DNA from: a virus | UHGV virus genome: UHGV-0271399 | Strand: one strand, 5' to 3' | Length of the DNA stretch: 36,671 bases | Shown here: positions 8,998-20,108 of the stretch, piece after piece | How the letters are laid out: every line of letters starts with the position of its first letter | Position numbering within the stretch: the first letter of the stretch is position 1 | The notes under the pieces: generated by a model | The model's database searches: none | What the model saw: only the letters and a program-made list of their open reading frames with translations | Told to the model about the DNA's origin: nothing | Made by a program: the position numbers and the translations under genes

Positions 8998-10985
8998 TAA
9001 CTCACCCTCACCTGATTACTTCGCATGACCTGAGCATTTGCAGACTGTTGCCGACGTGCAACCTCATTACCGACAGCGTGCGGATCTCCGCCACCGTAAA
9101 TGTGGTAGGTATTTTGCTGGTTAACCTCTGTCACTTTGCCACTAATTCCCGCCACGGCAGCCTTATTAATCAGCTCTTGAGAATAGATATTTCTTCCATT
9201 TTCATGCTGGATAATGCTGCTCATCAATGCTGACATGGTTTGCGGATCGCTCATATTCAGGGCAGCCCGGGGATCCACTCCCAGTCGTTGCGATACAGCC
9301 CTGATATACGCAGTTGTGTTGTTATTATCAGACGCAGGCGCCCAGGTAGAGATAATTTTCTCCACGCTGTTTATTCCACGTCCGGCATACAACATTAACT
9401 GACGAGCAAGAGCCCGTAATCCATCAAAGGCAGTTTCGAATCTGGCAAATCGCCCGCCCGGGCGTTCAAGAGAAGCCCCCGCCTGACCAGCAAAATTAAG
9501 GTTTCCCGGATTGTTATTCCGTTCTCCTCGTTTCGTAGCCTGTGCATGTTGTTCCGGCTCATCATCACCAAACCAGCCGCGTACCGTCCGGCCCACACTG
9601 CGGGGATCGAATCCCCAGTGCTCTTTAATCCAGTCGGCAGTACTGTTAGCGCTGTCTGTAACCATCGGCATCGCTGACGGATTTTCGCTGCCCTGATTAA
9701 GTATCTGTTTGCCGATGCTGACGGCATCAGCCCAGCGGCCATCTTTGATAGCGTTGAGCAGGTCGGCGATCATGTTCAGCATTTTGCTGAATTCGCCCAT
9801 CTGGTCGATGAAGTTGCTGAAATCCCACTTCAGGGACCATGATTTGGGGTCAATATTGAGTAGTTTCGCCAGCGCTTTCGCCAGGTCGTTAACGGTCGTT
9901 TTAAGGTCACGAACCATCTTCAGCGCGGCATCGACCTCCGGTTTCCACTTGCCCCAGTCAATCAGGCTGTCGCCGCCTTCCTTCCAGGTCTGATAGTCCT
10001 CCCACAGGAGGGCAATACCCGCCGCCAGCGCGGTAATGAGGCCAATCGGCGACATCCAGAACGTACTGTTCAGAATGCGCAGCGCAATCGTCAGTGCGCC
10101 AAACAGCGAGATCAACTCCCGCGTTTGCTTATCCAGCGATTGCCACCAGGTGATGAGGCTTGATGTTCCTTCAATCAGTCTGAAGAACAGCCGCCCGATA
10201 ATATCCCCGAGCGCCAGAATGCCTTTTATGGCTTTCGTCAGGGTCTGCTCGATACGAGGGAAGTTGTCCAGGATATGGCGGCGCAGGGTGTCCAGCGAAC
10301 CCGCAAGCCCACCCGCAAGATTAGAGCCGATTTTGTCACGGGCCATGCCTGCCATCGCGCCAAACTCACGCAGGGAGGTCATAAATTTGTTGGAGCTTCT
10401 GGCCGCCTCGTCAGCATTGAAGCCGATAGCTTTCGCCATTGCGCTGTACTGCCCGGAGAAGCCACCCACACCCCGACGCATCGCCATAAGGGTATTTTCG
10501 TCAATGCCCAGCATCTGCGCATACTGGTTAGCCCGGTAATACGGCATGCTGCTGAGTTTCTGTCCAACGCCCGTAAAGATAGCGGCCATGTCACGCATGT
10601 TACCGCTGGCATCACGGGTCTGTACGCCCAGGCGATTCAGAAAGCCTTCTGCACCGGGATTGTTACGAATAAACCGGGAGAGGCTTTCCAGAGAAGATCG
10701 CGCAGCGTCCACGCTGCCGCCAACCTGCGAAACCGCATAGCCAATAGACTGAATTCCCTGGACTGTCGCGCCGGTGCGCTGTGACGCCCAGTAAAGATTA
10801 TCCAGGCCGGAGGCGATCTTAGCCGTGAAGGCCACCACGGACAGCGCAGCTCCTTCAACGGCCAGTCCCATTTTGATGACATTTGCAGTTGTACCGGCGA
10901 GGACAGAACCGAACTTTTTCGCTCCTGCATCATCCACACTGAAGCCAAGCGAGACGAGGAAATCTTTAATAGTTTCAGCGATCAT
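8997..10985 (-). CDS. Tail tape measure protein
   Basis: about 660 aa, Ala/Gly-rich helical N-terminal part; ATG at 10985 preceded by GGAGAGAGG RBS (track start 11006 is an upstream TTG). Confidence 0.7.
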   Translation of the reverse strand: MIAETIKDFLVSLGFSVDDAGAKKFGSVLAGTTANVIKMGLAVEGAALSVVAFTAKIASGLDNLYWASQRTGATVQGIQSIGYAVSQVGGSVDAARSSLESLSRFIRNNPGAEGFLNRLGVQTRDASGNMRDMAAIFTGVGQKLSSMPYYRANQYAQMLGIDENTLMAMRRGVGGFSGQYSAMAKAIGFNADEAARSSNKFMTSLREFGAMAGMARDKIGSNLAGGLAGSLDTLRRHILDNFPRIEQTLTKAIKGILALGDIIGRLFFRLIEGTSSLITWWQSLDKQTRELISLFGALTIALRILNSTFWMSPIGLITALAAGIALLWEDYQTWKEGGDSLIDWGKWKPEVDAALKMVRDLKTTVNDLAKALAKLLNIDPKSWSLKWDFSNFIDQMGEFSKMLNMIADLLNAIKDGRWADAVSIGKQILNQGSENPSAMPMVTDSANSTADWIKEHWGFDPRSVGRTVRGWFGDDEPEQHAQATKRGERNNNPGNLNFAGQAGASLERPGGRFARFETAFDGLRALARQLMLYAGRGINSVEKIISTWAPASDNNNTTAYIRAVSQRLGVDPRAALNMSDPQTMSALMSSIIQHENGRNIYSQELINKAAVAGISGKVTEVNQQNTYHIYGGGDPHAVGNEVARRQQSANAQVMRSNQVRVS

Positions 10986-11162
10986 TATCCTCTCTCCATT
11001 TCTCAATGCGCCGCTGGTTATCCGCTTTTACCGCCAGATGGTCATTCAAAAGAGCAATATCGTACAAATCGACAGAGCCATCTTTAAGTGCTGTATAAGG
11101 AATTAACCCGGCGTCAACCGGATTGAGAAGGTAGGACAGCCCGTCCGGCAGGCTGTTAAACG

Positions 11163-11615
11163 TCAGCCCTGTTGCAGGCTCTGCGTCGTGCTGGTAAGGG
11201 GTGTAGGCAAAAAATTTCCCAGCGAATCGGCGACCACCCGCGCCACCAGCTGCAGCATGACCAGCAAGTCAATATCATCAAACATCAGTTCGCCCTGGGT
11301 AAATACCGGAACCCATCCGTCCATATGACGCCGCGATACCACCGCAAGACAGGGATGAATAATCGCACTGGTGTCATCTTCGGTCAGGGAAGACAGTTCC
11401 TCAGCGATACGCGGGAGCATGGTTTCAAACACCGGTTTTAAGTGCTCGAATTTCACGGTGTCGATTTTGCCGTCAGCAGGCAAACGGGAGCGAATGCTCC
11501 CGAAATCTGACATCATTCCCGCCAGTACCGGCAAAAGTTTGCGGATCACTTTCAGCTGGTCAAAAACGCTGAGTTTTGCCGTGCGATATTTCACGCCTTT
11601 GATTTCGAATTCCAT
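11163..11615 (-). CDS. Tail assembly chaperone
   Basis: 150 aa acidic protein between tail tube and tape measure. Confidence 0.5.
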   Translation of the reverse strand: MEFEIKGVKYRTAKLSVFDQLKVIRKLLPVLAGMMSDFGSIRSRLPADGKIDTVKFEHLKPVFETMLPRIAEELSSLTEDDTSAIIHPCLAVVSRRHMDGWVPVFTQGELMFDDIDLLVMLQLVARVVADSLGNFLPTPLTSTTQSLQQG

Positions 11616-11618
11616 GTA

Positions 11619-12059
11619 TTAAAACTCCCCGAGAACCTGGTCAATCTTGCCGCAGTCAAACACCCACGGCATCGTATTACCGGTTTTAGCGTTGGCGTTA
11701 TCCGGTTGTTTCTGGAACGCAACACTGCGTGCTGTGATGATGTCGCCGCTGACCTTGTTTCGGATCACAATAACGTTATTCCCCCATGTGGCAGAAGACT
11801 GGCTCTGTGCGTTATACGCCAGCGACAATTTTTTATTTGTCGGTGATGTCTTCAGAAGGTTAACGGTAATCGTCCCGCTTTTATCTGCATGGAGGCTGTG
11901 CATCACTTCGCCATCAGCACCGATGGTCATGGTGTTTTTAGGACCGCCCATCGCAACCACAATCCCCTCTTCAGAACTTGCCGAACCGTACCCGAGGTCA
12001 ATCGAACCGGTCGGCCCGGTCAGCGTCGCAGTGACATCCATAAAAGAATAGGTAGACAT
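11619..12059 (-). CDS. Tail tube protein
   Basis: 146 aa directly downstream of sheath gene. Confidence 0.6.
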   Translation of the reverse strand: MSTYSFMDVTATLTGPTGSIDLGYGSASSEEGIVVAMGGPKNTMTIGADGEVMHSLHADKSGTITVNLLKTSPTNKKLSLAYNAQSQSSATWGNNVIVIRNKVSGDIITARSVAFQKQPDNANAKTGNTMPWVFDCGKIDQVLGEF

Positions 12060-12069
12060 TCACTTCCCC

Positions 12070-13215
12070 TTAGCGAACAACGTTAATCTGTACGTCAGCG
12101 TAATGAACCGCGCCTGCAAGTTTTATTGCAGCCTGAATCACCGGAGCCTTACGGGCTTCACGTTCTGATTGTGCCTGTTCATCCAGCGGCTGGGCGTATA
12201 CGTAATAACCTTTGGGCAGCGTGTCACCTGATGACAACTGACCAAGGTCGCCACCGTTCCATACGCCCGGAGCAATCAGTCCATTCTGAACGGCCTGATC
12301 CAGTGATTTTTCTACATTTGATAACAGTCGGGTAATACCGGCTTCAGTCTGGGGAACCTTCGTGGTGCTGGTATAAAGCAGGTTATAGAGGTTGGTCTGC
12401 ACATAATTCTGTAACCAGTCCAGGCCGTGGCGTTCATCAAAGAAATCGCCGTTAGCCATCACTCCCTGCTGGAGGATAGCTGTATCATTCTGGTAGTACA
12501 CGAACACATTGCAGTTTTTTGCATCAAGTGCCGATGCCTGGCTGACTGTCAGTGTTTCATACCCGACACCCGGCTCCTGCTTAAACTTGAGCGTAATCGC
12601 GGTATTACTGCCATTGAAATTAACCGTGAATGCCCGGCCAAATGCAGATAACGCAGCGTATTTATTACCCGATGAATACTGAATAAAACTGCGTGAATAT
12701 CCGGCGGTTTTCAGTTTTGATGCCAAATCATCGCTGGATGCAGTCTGCAGGCATTTCTCATCGCTTGTCGTAATCGCCAGAATACGGCTTACAGAAGAGG
12801 ATTCGATCGCCGCAGCCACTTTCAGCCAGTCTGCATCCGGAATATCTGCATCGTCTGCAATCCCCAGCCCATACCATGAAGTATAATCAAGCATGGCATT
12901 CACAGCCTGCTCCAGCGTCTCAGGCGTGGCCTGTTCGCTGTCTCCCTTCGTTTTCACCCAACGACCAACAAAAACCTCCTGAGGTTTCGGTGATTGTGAG
13001 AAAAACACCTGCGCAGCCTTATATTCTGGTGATTCCACGCCAAAATCTTTTCCAATATCTTCCGCGGCAGAATAACGGCGAATGCGCTCACTTACCGGAA
13101 TGATTGTGGACGGGCCGAGAATGAGTAATGCACCAAAATTTCGCCCTGATGCTGCACGCGGCGACATGATCACATCAACATTAACAACGTTTGATACAGG
13201 CAAGCCCTGTGCCAT
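12070..13215 (-). CDS. Contractile tail sheath protein
   Basis: 381 aa followed by tube gene; GGAGA RBS. Confidence 0.65.
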   Translation of the reverse strand: MAQGLPVSNVVNVDVIMSPRAASGRNFGALLILGPSTIIPVSERIRRYSAAEDIGKDFGVESPEYKAAQVFFSQSPKPQEVFVGRWVKTKGDSEQATPETLEQAVNAMLDYTSWYGLGIADDADIPDADWLKVAAAIESSSVSRILAITTSDEKCLQTASSDDLASKLKTAGYSRSFIQYSSGNKYAALSAFGRAFTVNFNGSNTAITLKFKQEPGVGYETLTVSQASALDAKNCNVFVYYQNDTAILQQGVMANGDFFDERHGLDWLQNYVQTNLYNLLYTSTTKVPQTEAGITRLLSNVEKSLDQAVQNGLIAPGVWNGGDLGQLSSGDTLPKGYYVYAQPLDEQAQSEREARKAPVIQAAIKLAGAVHYADVQINVVR

Positions 13216-13218
13216 AGC

Positions 13219-13782
13219 TTAATCTCCGAAAAAGATGACTGGTGCTTCCACCAGCGATTTAATACCGTACTCGCGCACAACCTTCCGGCGCAGACGCACC
13301 GTCATATCGTAGCGGCGGACCCATTGCTGATTAATAAGTTCAGGGAAGGGAGTCAGACCTGTGTAATCGCCAAGAGACAGCCCCAGCGCATTCAGTGCTG
13401 CGTTGTTCTGCGGTACAGATATACCGTCACGAAACCGGGACGCATACACCATCCCCGCCGGACCATAAAACGAAGCCATACACTCAATCGTTTCATGCCG
13501 CCAGAGCTGAGAGCCATCATCGGCCTGTCTGATGAATGCAGGACTGTCATCACCTGACCATCCGATAACCCCAAACGCACACCAGTTCGTTTCAACCGGT
13601 AGCAGTGGTGGCTGCTCTTTCTGCCAGCGCGGGCGAACCATCCCGGCAGACAGACCGGAAACGTTACGCATCCACTGGCTTAACAGCCTGTCGAGCGCTT
13701 CGTCATAATCCGGATCGCCACTGGTTGGTATTAACCATCCGCGCTCTGTACTGGTGTTATTGCTCAACCGGAGTTCCCCCAT
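13219..13782 (-). CDS. Tail completion / head-tail joining protein
   Basis: about 187 aa, ATG at 13782 (track start is TTG at 13785). Confidence 0.45.
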   Translation of the reverse strand: MGELRLSNNTSTERGWLIPTSGDPDYDEALDRLLSQWMRNVSGLSAGMVRPRWQKEQPPLLPVETNWCAFGVIGWSGDDSPAFIRQADDGSQLWRHETIECMASFYGPAGMVYASRFRDGISVPQNNAALNALGLSLGDYTGLTPFPELINQQWVRRYDMTVRLRRKVVREYGIKSLVEAPVIFFGD

Positions 13783-14146
13783 CAAACGGCATCACCTCAC
13801 AATGCGCCTGAACGAATCCGGCACCATAAGCTGTATACGGGTCGACGAAGGTCACACGATAATCACGGTCCTGATACGTCACGATATCGGCATCACGGCC
13901 AGTCTGTCCCTGCGTCAGTCGCTCAGTCGTCACAATCAGAATTGCACCACTGATTACCTGCCCGGCCTGCATACGACGGTTTTCCAGAGAGCGATCAACA
14001 GTAACGACTCCGGCAAACTGCTTTTTAACTTCGCTGTCGCTGCCGATCCCGTCCTCATCCACCGTTTGCACTCGGCGTGTTACCCACAAATTGAAGTCGC
14101 AAAAATCGGGGTCAAAAAGCACATCTGTTACATCAAGAGTCGGCAT
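13757..14146 (-). CDS. Head-tail adaptor protein
   Basis: 129 aa in head-tail joining block. Confidence 0.45.
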   Translation of the reverse strand: MPTLDVTDVLFDPDFCDFNLWVTRRVQTVDEDGIGSDSEVKKQFAGVVTVDRSLENRRMQAGQVISGAILIVTTERLTQGQTGRDADIVTYQDRDYRVTFVDPYTAYGAGFVQAHCEVMPFDGGTPVEQ

Positions 14147-14687
14147 TTTTATCCCTCACAACATGGGTAATAGCTCTGCGATATTGCCCGGTATCAATTA
14201 ATGGTTTCGCCAGATCGGTTCCCGGAGATTCGCCAGCAGCACGCCGGGCAAGTTCCAGTGTTGCCCCCTTGCGCCCCCGACGAGCCCGGGCTTCAACAGT
14301 ACTGTCAGCAAGCGGCGTAAAGCCGGTAATGGTCATGTAACGCCTGACGCCATTAGCGGCCAGCGTTCCGGCACGGTTGAGTGCGCTTTCTGCTCCCGCA
14401 GCATTACCATCAAGAGCAGCCTGCGCCGCGGCTTTGAGCTGCGGCACCGTCTGCTCTTCTGCCGATTTAACGCCGGGGACCAGGTGAGGTCGTGGCGGGA
14501 TGTTCTGCTCTGGTGAGCCGTATTCGTTGAGGTAACCGATGCCCGCATTACCAAACGGAACATCATCCCGCTCGCTGTCTTCCGAAGGGATGCCGACCAG
14601 CACATCTTTTTTGGTTAACGATCTGAGCGCATCCAGAATGGCCTTAGCGTTATCCACCCTCGTTGTTACACCGCTTTTGAAACTCAT
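14133..14687 (-). CDS. Head-tail connector / structural protein
   Basis: 184 aa; ATGA overlap with upstream gene. Confidence 0.45.
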   Translation of the reverse strand: MSFKSGVTTRVDNAKAILDALRSLTKKDVLVGIPSEDSERDDVPFGNAGIGYLNEYGSPEQNIPPRPHLVPGVKSAEEQTVPQLKAAAQAALDGNAAGAESALNRAGTLAANGVRRYMTITGFTPLADSTVEARARRGRKGATLELARRAAGESPGTDLAKPLIDTGQYRRAITHVVRDKNADS

Positions 14688-15091
14688 AGCTGGCGACCAC
14701 CTGCACCGAACATCGTGATCAACTGATAAAATTCAGCGCCATATCGGGTGTTATTCCAGAAACCTGCATCAGGATTCAGCGTCGCGCTGGTGTCATAACT
14801 GACGCTTACCTTATCCACGGACTTTGAGGACTGAACACCATTGGTTGAACCGCCCGGCCCGCCAGCCAGCATCGCCCGGCTGTCTGCCGCCCAGAGCGTC
14901 ATGTAGTGTGCAACGAACAATCCGGCAAAGTACGGAAACAACTTTTTGCCGGTGACGTTTTCGCTCAGCAGTTCATCGGCCAGATTCAGACGAAACTGGA
15001 TTTGCGCTTCGGGATATTTGGCAGGGTCAGCAAACTGCGGGAAGTCGCGGCGAAAATCACTTACCGCTGGCAGACTTTGATTCTTTGGCAT
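14684..15091 (-). CDS. Head completion protein (DUF4054-like)
   Basis: 135 aa; GAGG RBS; position after capsid gene. Confidence 0.45.
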   Translation of the reverse strand: MPKNQSLPAVSDFRRDFPQFADPAKYPEAQIQFRLNLADELLSENVTGKKLFPYFAGLFVAHYMTLWAADSRAMLAGGPGGSTNGVQSSKSVDKVSVSYDTSATLNPDAGFWNNTRYGAEFYQLITMFGAGGRQL

Positions 15092-15278
15092 TTTTTACCT
15101 CGTTACGCGCGTCTGTGGCTTTGCCAACGGATACTTCCGCGTGCGCACGAGTGAACCAGTGCGTGGCAACGTCTTCCTCCACAGCATGACGGCCTTTAAC
15201 AAACTCGCGCCGCGAACCGTCGGGAAGCGTGAGCACAAACGGGGTATGTACGTGTATTACTGCATTATTTTTTGCCAT
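15057..15278 (-). CDS. Small hypothetical structural-module protein
   Basis: 73 aa from internal ATG at 15278 with AAGGATGA RBS in the gap after the capsid stop; track ORF extends into capsid gene. Confidence 0.35.
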   Translation of the reverse strand: MAKNNAVIHVHTPFVLTLPDGSRREFVKGRHAVEEDVATHWFTRAHAEVSVGKATDARNEVKNAKESKSASGK

Positions 15279-15318
15279 CGGGTCATCCTTAATGGCCCCG
15301 CCAGGGGCCATATGGCTG

Positions 15319-16260
15319 TTAAATGCCATCAACGTACGAAAGAGTTTCTTTGTACACTGGCTCGACTGCACCCAGCTTGCCGTAGTAAGTGACGATCTGA
15401 TACAGACCGCGATACTGCACCGGCACGCTCTGAAGCGGAACCAGCGGGTAGCGGACGTATTTTTTATCGTTGGTGTACGCAACCATGCGATCCTTATTCC
15501 CCACACCACGGCCTTTCAGCCATTTAACCGCGCGGATATTCAGCGGAACACCGTTCTGGTGATAGCTGATGGTGTTGGTCTGAAGGTACGTCAACAGGGA
15601 CTGGTTACCCGCAGATGAAACGATAATGCTGGACAACAGAGCAAACTGCTCAGGCGGGATCAGCAAATCACGCGGAACCACAGAGTAACCGGAAGCGGCC
15701 CACGCATCAGACAGCACCTGGTTAATGCTTGCGCGGATTTCGTCCGGTGTTGAGGTTGCCCACGTTTTGGCAGCGTTGTTGACAGGCACGCCGTCCAGGG
15801 TAACAAGGCCTTTCAGGTTTAATGCGGAATCGCCAACATATACCTGTTCATCGTTATCCATCTGCCATTTCAGTTGCATACCGTCATACTTCTGCGTATC
15901 AATCGGGCGGCCGACCTGCTGAGCAGCCTGCAATTCTATGACCGTCCAGCCAAGTTCCATCCCCCACAGGTTCAGCGGGTTACCGGATTTGCCGATATCC
16001 ACGTTCACGCCAGCAATAGCGGTTGAGTCTTTGCCTACCCAGTTTTTGCCATTCGGATTTGCACCAGTACCCGCAGCGGCGAAGCTGGTATTCGTCCAGC
16101 TGGAAATGTCATCTGCGATGGAGACATCTTCACGCAGTTGGATATCGCGGGTCCAGGTGTACCCCACCAGTGGCAGGTTCAGCGTCTGGTCGAGTCGCTC
16201 CAGCTCCCCGATGAGAAAGGCACCAGAGCTGTCAACGGTTGCCTGATCAAAAGTAATCAT
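15319..16260 (-). CDS. Major capsid protein
   Basis: 313 aa; position after protease/scaffold and decoration-like genes. Confidence 0.6.
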   Translation of the reverse strand: MITFDQATVDSSGAFLIGELERLDQTLNLPLVGYTWTRDIQLREDVSIADDISSWTNTSFAAAGTGANPNGKNWVGKDSTAIAGVNVDIGKSGNPLNLWGMELGWTVIELQAAQQVGRPIDTQKYDGMQLKWQMDNDEQVYVGDSALNLKGLVTLDGVPVNNAAKTWATSTPDEIRASINQVLSDAWAASGYSVVPRDLLIPPEQFALLSSIIVSSAGNQSLLTYLQTNTISYHQNGVPLNIRAVKWLKGRGVGNKDRMVAYTNDKKYVRYPLVPLQSVPVQYRGLYQIVTYYGKLGAVEPVYKETLSYVDGI

Positions 16261-16271
16261 TCGTCTGTTCC

Positions 16272-16778
16272 TTAAATCTTCCAGGAAATTTCTGCATTGC
16301 CGTCAGCATCACCGGCACCTGTGAATTCAGCGTTGGTCAGCACCACATTTTTGCCACTGACTGACGTGGACATGAATCCACCCAGCGGCACTTTGATGGA
16401 TTCATCAGTGGAGACGACAACGTATACCGGGTCGCCTTTTTTGATGGTGCTGGCATCAAAATCAGAACCGAGATTAACAGTCACGTAGCCACGCTTCATG
16501 GCGTCGCCAGGGAAGTTCTTGCCTGTTCCCACCTGGCGAACCATGTCCGGCTGCGACGTGGTCGGATAAGGGCGCACGTAGATCCCCTTCACCTTGTCTG
16601 CGGTATCACCATCTGCCAGCGGCACGAAAAAACCGTCATCATCGTATTTACCAGCCAGGCCATAGGCAGCGAAGGCGTTATCGGATTTAAGGACCACCGG
16701 TTCGACGGTTAAGTCCTGCGGGCGAGAGATAGCCCCGGCAATGCCAACAGGCATCCGGTACAGAAATACATTATTCAT
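16272..16778 (-). CDS. Capsid-associated structural protein
   Basis: 168 aa immediately upstream of major capsid gene. Confidence 0.45.
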   Translation of the reverse strand: MNNVFLYRMPVGIAGAISRPQDLTVEPVVLKSDNAFAAYGLAGKYDDDGFFVPLADGDTADKVKGIYVRPYPTTSQPDMVRQVGTGKNFPGDAMKRGYVTVNLGSDFDASTIKKGDPVYVVVSTDESIKVPLGGFMSTSVSGKNVVLTNAEFTGAGDADGNAEISWKI

Positions 16779-16781
16779 TTT

Positions 16782-18002
16782 TTACCCTTTACGGTTTGCC
16801 CAGAATTCAGCGTTTTGTTTGTTCAGGGAAGCGATACTGGTCATGCCCATGTTTGGGCGCTGTGCATCGCCGGTGGTGGCGCGGGTGTTTCGCCCTTTGG
16901 CAATCTCAGACACGGCATTAAACGCCATGTCGACCGATTGTTTCGGCAATTTGCGGATATCCGCATCACCGACGATCTGGCGAACCAGCGTTTTATCTGC
17001 GGAAGCCAGAACCTCGCGTTTGAACTCGGTCGGTTTCATCTTACGGCTCAGATCGATACCCGGAACGATAACTTCGGCACGCCAGGCTGAGTCACCAGTA
17101 ATCGTGGTTTCCTCTTCATCGTCCTCGCCGTCACCGGTCGGATTATCGTCAGGCTTATTATCGTTATCGCCCGTGGCATTTCCTTCCAGCTTAGCCAGCA
17201 GGGCTTTCAGTAATGTTTTGAGGTCATCATCACTGTCGCCGGTTGGACCTCCACCCATCTCTGGTGCTTTGTCCGGTAGTGGTTGCTGCGGGGACAGGTT
17301 GATATTGAGATTAACGCCCTGCGGCAAATCCCCCTCATCTCCTGTAACCGATGCGGGGGCCGACTCCACCAGTTCGTTCATGGTGTCGGCATCTCCTGTC
17401 TTGATGGCCGCACGCATGCGGTTCCACCAGTTTTTCTTTTGATTTGCCATTGTGTCTCTGTCTCCAATTGCACAACGATTTCCGGCTCTGCCTTTAGGGA
17501 CAAGAGCCACATGGTTTCCGGTAATATCGACCTGCTCAGCTTTACCTGGCTCGGTCTGCTCGTACTCCGCGTCATAGCCGCACGACACTTCGCGCAGGCC
17601 ATCTTCGATAAGCTGAATGGCGTTTTCGTCTTTGACGATAAGGTCAGCCAGCATCAAATCAGACTGCTCACCCGTCCCGCGCCGGACATTCTGGAGGTGC
17701 CCGACAGCAAGCTCTTTCCAGTTCTCGGGATTTACCAGCCGCACATTCCCGTTTTCATCTTCAGGATGCAGAATCGTGATGCTCATCCCTTCGAATGAGG
17801 CAAGCGTGGTCGGATGGAATACCTGCTCAGGAGAACGCGTGACGACTATTTCACCGAACTTATCGGGTTTCAGTTTTGGCAGGTCATCAGCACCATAGAG
17901 CTGCTTACCTGTTCGTCCTATCGGCACGTCTTTGCACAGCAACGAGCCGTCAGCCAGCTGGTAGCGGGTTTCTCCCAGCCGGGTATTGAAAAAATATTTC
18001 AT
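16782..18002 (-). CDS. Prohead protease / scaffold fusion protein (DUF2213-like)
   Basis: 406 aa; N-terminal globular domain plus highly acidic low-complexity C-terminal half typical of scaffolds. Confidence 0.55.
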   Translation of the reverse strand: MKYFFNTRLGETRYQLADGSLLCKDVPIGRTGKQLYGADDLPKLKPDKFGEIVVTRSPEQVFHPTTLASFEGMSITILHPEDENGNVRLVNPENWKELAVGHLQNVRRGTGEQSDLMLADLIVKDENAIQLIEDGLREVSCGYDAEYEQTEPGKAEQVDITGNHVALVPKGRAGNRCAIGDRDTMANQKKNWWNRMRAAIKTGDADTMNELVESAPASVTGDEGDLPQGVNLNINLSPQQPLPDKAPEMGGGPTGDSDDDLKTLLKALLAKLEGNATGDNDNKPDDNPTGDGEDDEEETTITGDSAWRAEVIVPGIDLSRKMKPTEFKREVLASADKTLVRQIVGDADIRKLPKQSVDMAFNAVSEIAKGRNTRATTGDAQRPNMGMTSIASLNKQNAEFWANRKG

Positions 18003-18016
18003 GGGTTACCTGCGAT

Positions 18017-18790
18017 TCAGGCGGGATAAGATTGGGAGGTGGGGAAAACGATTTCTTTATAACAGCGACAATTCGGGAACTCGCCAGCGTGACCGGTCAT
18101 GCCGTCAAGCGTTGGAGGTTTGCCCCATTCGACAAATTTACCTTCCATTTCCCGATGAGAATGCCTGACGTCACCATCTTCGGCTGTACGCCAGATATAA
18201 CCATTCGAACCAATTGACAGCGCACGCGCCTGATCCAGCGCGCCGGTTGCACGTCCAAGTTCAGTACGGGCAATCAGGTCAGCTCTGGACTTTGCTATAT
18301 CACCCGATGCGGCTATTTCTTTAGCAAAATGTTCTGCTCTCCCACCGGTCACAACAGCTTCTATCGCCCGATTCTGGATGTCGTACACCCTGTCAGCCGC
18401 CTCGAGGGGGAGCGATTTGATGTACTTGACCTGTTCGGCGATGATGGATTGCATCACCTGGCCCACAGGAGCGCTTTCCACAAGATTGCGGAGCTCGCGA
18501 CTGATGTTCTTGCTGTGTTGCCGCCAAACTTTCTCGTTCTGCCGGGTTAGGTCCGCAGTAAAGTTTTCCGCGACCTTTGTCGCCCAGGGGGTGATGATTT
18601 CACTGTAGCGTTCCAGCGCCTCAATAATTTCCGTGATACTGTCATTTGAACCATCGTAGCGACCATTTACGATGTCTCCGACCGCCCGCGCTATCCTGCG
18701 TAGGCTGGTTCGATAGCGGATTTCCGCCTGACGGTTCCTGCGGTTCGTCATCAGGTTCGCCGATGCCGGGCGGCGCTTCATCTTCGGCAT
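18017..18790 (-). CDS. Head morphogenesis protein (Mu F-like minor head protein)
   Basis: 257 aa with conserved C-terminal HREMEGK...NCRC motif; start uncertain (overlaps portal 3' end; alternative ATG at 18751). Confidence 0.65.
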   Translation of the reverse strand: MPKMKRRPASANLMTNRRNRQAEIRYRTSLRRIARAVGDIVNGRYDGSNDSITEIIEALERYSEIITPWATKVAENFTADLTRQNEKVWRQHSKNISRELRNLVESAPVGQVMQSIIAEQVKYIKSLPLEAADRVYDIQNRAIEAVVTGGRAEHFAKEIAASGDIAKSRADLIARTELGRATGALDQARALSIGSNGYIWRTAEDGDVRHSHREMEGKFVEWGKPPTLDGMTGHAGEFPNCRCYKEIVFPTSQSYPA

Positions 18791-20108
18791 TCTCGATGTC
18801 CTCGTCGGTAATGGATGCCCCGATGCCGGTTACGTCAGAATTTTCGCGCAAATCAGTCATAGCGGCTTTCAGTGTCATCAGACCATCACCCAGCGCCGTA
18901 CTGATTGCGTTGGTAGTGTTTAACGCCACCGTTGAGCGATCGACATCAGACATTTGCCAGAGCGGGTTAAACTCAAACGTGAAATCGTCCGGCAGCGGCT
19001 TGCCAAGCTCCGAACGATGCATGATGTCCAGTATCCGCCGCACCGGAAGACGTAAACGCCTCTCCTGTAACGAGCTTACCCGGTCGTAATAGTTGGCAAG
19101 GTCTGCATCACCGGTAGAAAATCCTTTCGGGGACTGTCCGAACAACCTCACCAGTGGGATACCAACAGCGCCACTAATCTGTTCTGCAAACTGCGAAAGG
19201 ATGTCATCCAGACCACTGAAGCTGTACTGATGGGTTTCAAACTTATCCCGCGAGTCCATGAGCGTCATGCCTTCATTACTCTGGAACTGTCGAATCAGGT
19301 CGATATTCTTCAGCAACGCTTCATACGCAGGACCACCAAGTGCGATAAGCTCACGTAGCTTCTCCACGCTGTAGGTACGCAGATGCGCCTTGTAGACCAG
19401 CTGCGCCGCGCCGACAGTAGCGCTGTCGAACGCGGTAAGACGATCCCAGATACGCTCTACAACCGACATTCCCCATTCGTTCTCGGTCATCTTCTGCTGA
19501 AATGGCAGCGTGACGCCATCAAAGCGAATCAGGCGGCTGTGATGGATGCGCCAGGCCGGGATGCCCGTTGCAGTGGTCACCACGTCGTAAAACTCAGGTT
19601 TACCCAGGTCCGGCCCCATCTCTTTAATGCGGCGGGTCAGCACCGGGTTAATCATCCAGCGGTCGAGCGGGAGAATGCCCTTAAACTTGCCTTCTCCAAT
19701 GGTTTCGAGCCGCAACGGGGTCATTGGTGCCTGCCCCTCAATCATGATGAAGCCAACCGCGCCGCCGTAGAGACGCGACCATTTCAGCACGTCGTTCAGC
19801 GCATCCCAGATCTGCAACTCATCCAGCTGCGCTTCCAGGGTGCCACGGTCTTTGGCGTCAATCTCCGAAGTGATGCGAATGCCTTTCCGGGTCATATCGT
19901 CCGGGATAGCGTCGACCGCTTCGCCGATGATCCAGGACGAACGATAGGACCATTCCACCAGCATGCGGTTGCGGCTGGTGAAGTTAGCCCGGTAGGTCGA
20001 TGCTGAGTGCTGGTTAGGCGTCTGCATCCCCACGCGGGCGACAAAGTTCTCATAGCCATCAGCGGTGGCCTGTGCCGTTCGCTGAGAGGCTTGCTTGTTT
20101 CGTGCCAT
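18642..20108 (-). CDS. Portal protein
   Basis: 488 aa directly downstream of terminase large subunit (ATGA overlap); acidic C-terminus. Confidence 0.65.
   Translation of the reverse strand: MARNKQASQRTAQATADGYENFVARVGMQTPNQHSASTYRANFTSRNRMLVEWSYRSSWIIGEAVDAIPDDMTRKGIRITSEIDAKDRGTLEAQLDELQIWDALNDVLKWSRLYGGAVGFIMIEGQAPMTPLRLETIGEGKFKGILPLDRWMINPVLTRRIKEMGPDLGKPEFYDVVTTATGIPAWRIHHSRLIRFDGVTLPFQQKMTENEWGMSVVERIWDRLTAFDSATVGAAQLVYKAHLRTYSVEKLRELIALGGPAYEALLKNIDLIRQFQSNEGMTLMDSRDKFETHQYSFSGLDDILSQFAEQISGAVGIPLVRLFGQSPKGFSTGDADLANYYDRVSSLQERRLRLPVRRILDIMHRSELGKPLPDDFTFEFNPLWQMSDVDRSTVALNTTNAISTALGDGLMTLKAAMTDLRENSDVTGIGASITDEDIENAEDEAPPGIGEPDDEPQEPSGGNPLSNQPTQDSAGGRRHRKWSLRWFK

Noticed and set aside
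8997-9500. Possible extra enzymatic domain at the tape measure C-terminus (ERNNNPGNL... region)
   Set aside because: Looks like a globular domain, but I cannot assign a family from memory with confidence; left as part of the tape measure protein
9048-10784. Multiple plus-strand ORFs (61-169 aa) within the tape measure gene
   Set aside because: All antisense to the long tape measure ORF, without RBS; typical GC-rich shadow frames
15057-15509. 150-aa version of the small ORF after the capsid gene
   Set aside because: Upstream part overlaps the capsid 3' end in another frame; only the 73-aa internal start is plausible
16741-17898. Plus-strand ORFs of 233, 171 and 93 aa opposite the protease/scaffold gene
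   Set aside because: Antisense to a well-supported structural gene; Ser/Pro/Arg-rich shadow translation
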